A stretch of DNA of 64,000 nucleotides, taken from assembly GCF_004010195.1 (NCBI RefSeq), contig NC_057718.1, forward strand, positions 88,864,229 to 88,928,228, in the 5' to 3' direction. The stretch comes from Chiloscyllium plagiosum (lineage: Eukaryota). Numbering within the stretch: position 1 is the stretch's first letter; the number at the start of each line of letters is the position of its first letter. The notes beneath the pieces are model-generated. The model was not told the DNA's origin and made no database searches. It saw only the letters and a list, made by a program, of their open reading frames with translations. A program made the position numbers and the translations under genes. This document shows positions 62,416 to 64,000 of this stretch, in pieces.

Positions 62416-64000
62416 AGGAATGCTAATGTTTCTACTGGCTTGGTGCTTTGTGTTTGTACTTCCTGTTTGATTACTGGGTCGTTGTAGCCTGTTCTGCTTT
62501 GTTGGTTTCTTTCATGATTTTCACTCTACCTGCCGAGCTCCTCTTGCAATCCCTGTATACCCTATTTGCCTTTCAGTTCTGTCAAAAGTCTGCATTTGCT
62601 CCCCTACATACCTCTCATGTGCTGGTTAACTGTTTCTATCCAAACATTTTGCAATCCACACTATTTACTTCCCTGTGTCAGATATGATCCTGTGGTTCCA
62701 GCGTGGCACTTCCAGCATTTTCTTTTTGATCAACAGTTCACTCACTGAATTGTGGGAGACTGTGCCTTTGATTGGTTCTGTGTAGGTGGGAAGGTTGAGG
62801 CAGTTTATTTGTTATTTGTCGTTTGGAATTCAGTTGCCAGAATTTAAAAGGTATTTGGTTTGCTCTGTAGCTGGCATTTGGTTAATGTCAAAAACATACA
62901 GAGAACAAAAGCTTTACACTCAACGACAAGCACGTTGTTGGCACAAAATAAGCTTTTGTTTATTCATATTGTTGACGAGGAGGGCATTAATTACCCTTGA
63001 GAAGGTGGAAGTGAGCTGCCTTCTTAGGGACACAGGAACAGGAGGAGGCCATTCAGCCCCTCAAGCTTGTTTCGCCATTCAGTGAGATCATGGCTGATCT
63101 GTGGCCTAACTCCATATACTTGCCTTTGGGCCATAGCCCTTAATACTTTTGCTGAACAAAAGTGTATCTACTTCAGATTTAAGATCAACAACTGACCTAG
63201 CAACCCATCTGGTAACCACCAGAATTCAAGGAATGTGCATTATTATCTCCGTGGAAACGGGCCACTGAAGACAGGATGGTCCTCTAGATGGCAACGTTAA
63301 GAGAAACATTAATGGCAATCTTAACCTGTAACATAAAGAACAACACAGGTTGGCCAAGATGGCACCTTTCTGCTCCAGATATCAGGACGTAAGGGGTTAA
63401 ATTATCTATATGAATAAATGTGGCATCTCTTTGAATTTAAAAGCTTGGAGACTGACCTCATCAAGTCGACCAAAGTAATAAAAGGATTCAATAGGCAAAC
63501 TAGAGACACAATTTCCTCTGCAGGGCAAGTTCAGCAGCATCATGGTAAAACCAGAGCCAAGCCCTCCAGGATGAAATGAGTAAGTACTGTTTCACACAAA
63601 GGATGGAGAGACTACAGAACTGCCTCTCCCTTAATATTGTGGCGACTGGGTCAAGTCTTAAGGAATAGATTTTTGTTAAATCAATATATCAAGCAGCAAA
63701 TGTGGTAGTGGTGATGGTGGTCTGGTGGGGGTGGGGGAAGGAGTTAAAACCAATCATGATCTAGATGAATCACGGGAACAAACTTAAAAGATGAAATAAC
63801 CACTCTCCTTTTCATTAATTTCTTAGCTATGCTTGAGCCTATTTGTTCAGGTTATCTTGGTTTAAAGGAAGAGAACGAAATAGATTTAACATTATCATCT
63901 TTCTCCTACTCTATTAAATACTGCAGGTTTATCATAAAGAGCCAGTCCCACTCATTAACAAAGTCCATTCCTATTTGAGATGTGTCTCGATGATTTATGT

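Noticed and set aside
55220..64000. Next ESR1 coding exon (first zinc finger)
   Set aside because: No CAVC/CEGCKA motif was seen; it presumably lies beyond the window.

Overview
Repeat-dominated vertebrate genomic DNA, most likely from a shark (elasmobranch). This is inferred from abundant HE1-type tRNA/V-SINEs, Deu-domain SINEs, CR1 LINEs and Penelope-like elements (PLEs). The only host protein-coding sequence I can support is the first coding exon of estrogen receptor alpha (ESR1, A/B domain) on the + strand: acceptor at 54650/54651, ATG at 54777 (alternative 54768), phase-2 donor after 55219. The ~54 kb upstream is therefore ESR1 5' regulatory/5'-UTR-intron territory and the last ~9 kb is intron. 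Almost all other ORFs in the track are transposon fragments or noise. The most interesting observations are: (1) many short PLE-terminus insertions, often fold-back palindromes with 13-17 bp target-site duplications, carrying minimal hammerhead-ribozyme cores; (2) a Ser-Pro to Ser-Ser change at the ERalpha Ser118-equivalent site; (3) a uORF and splice acceptor implying upstream non-coding exons, with two CpG-rich candidate promoters; (4) a forkhead-motif minisatellite; (5) several local templated or inverted duplications; (6) a CpG-decayed tRNA-Ile(AAT) copy. I found no evidence for a wholly new protein-coding system. All calls are by eye, and repeat boundaries are approximate unless a TSD fixes them.
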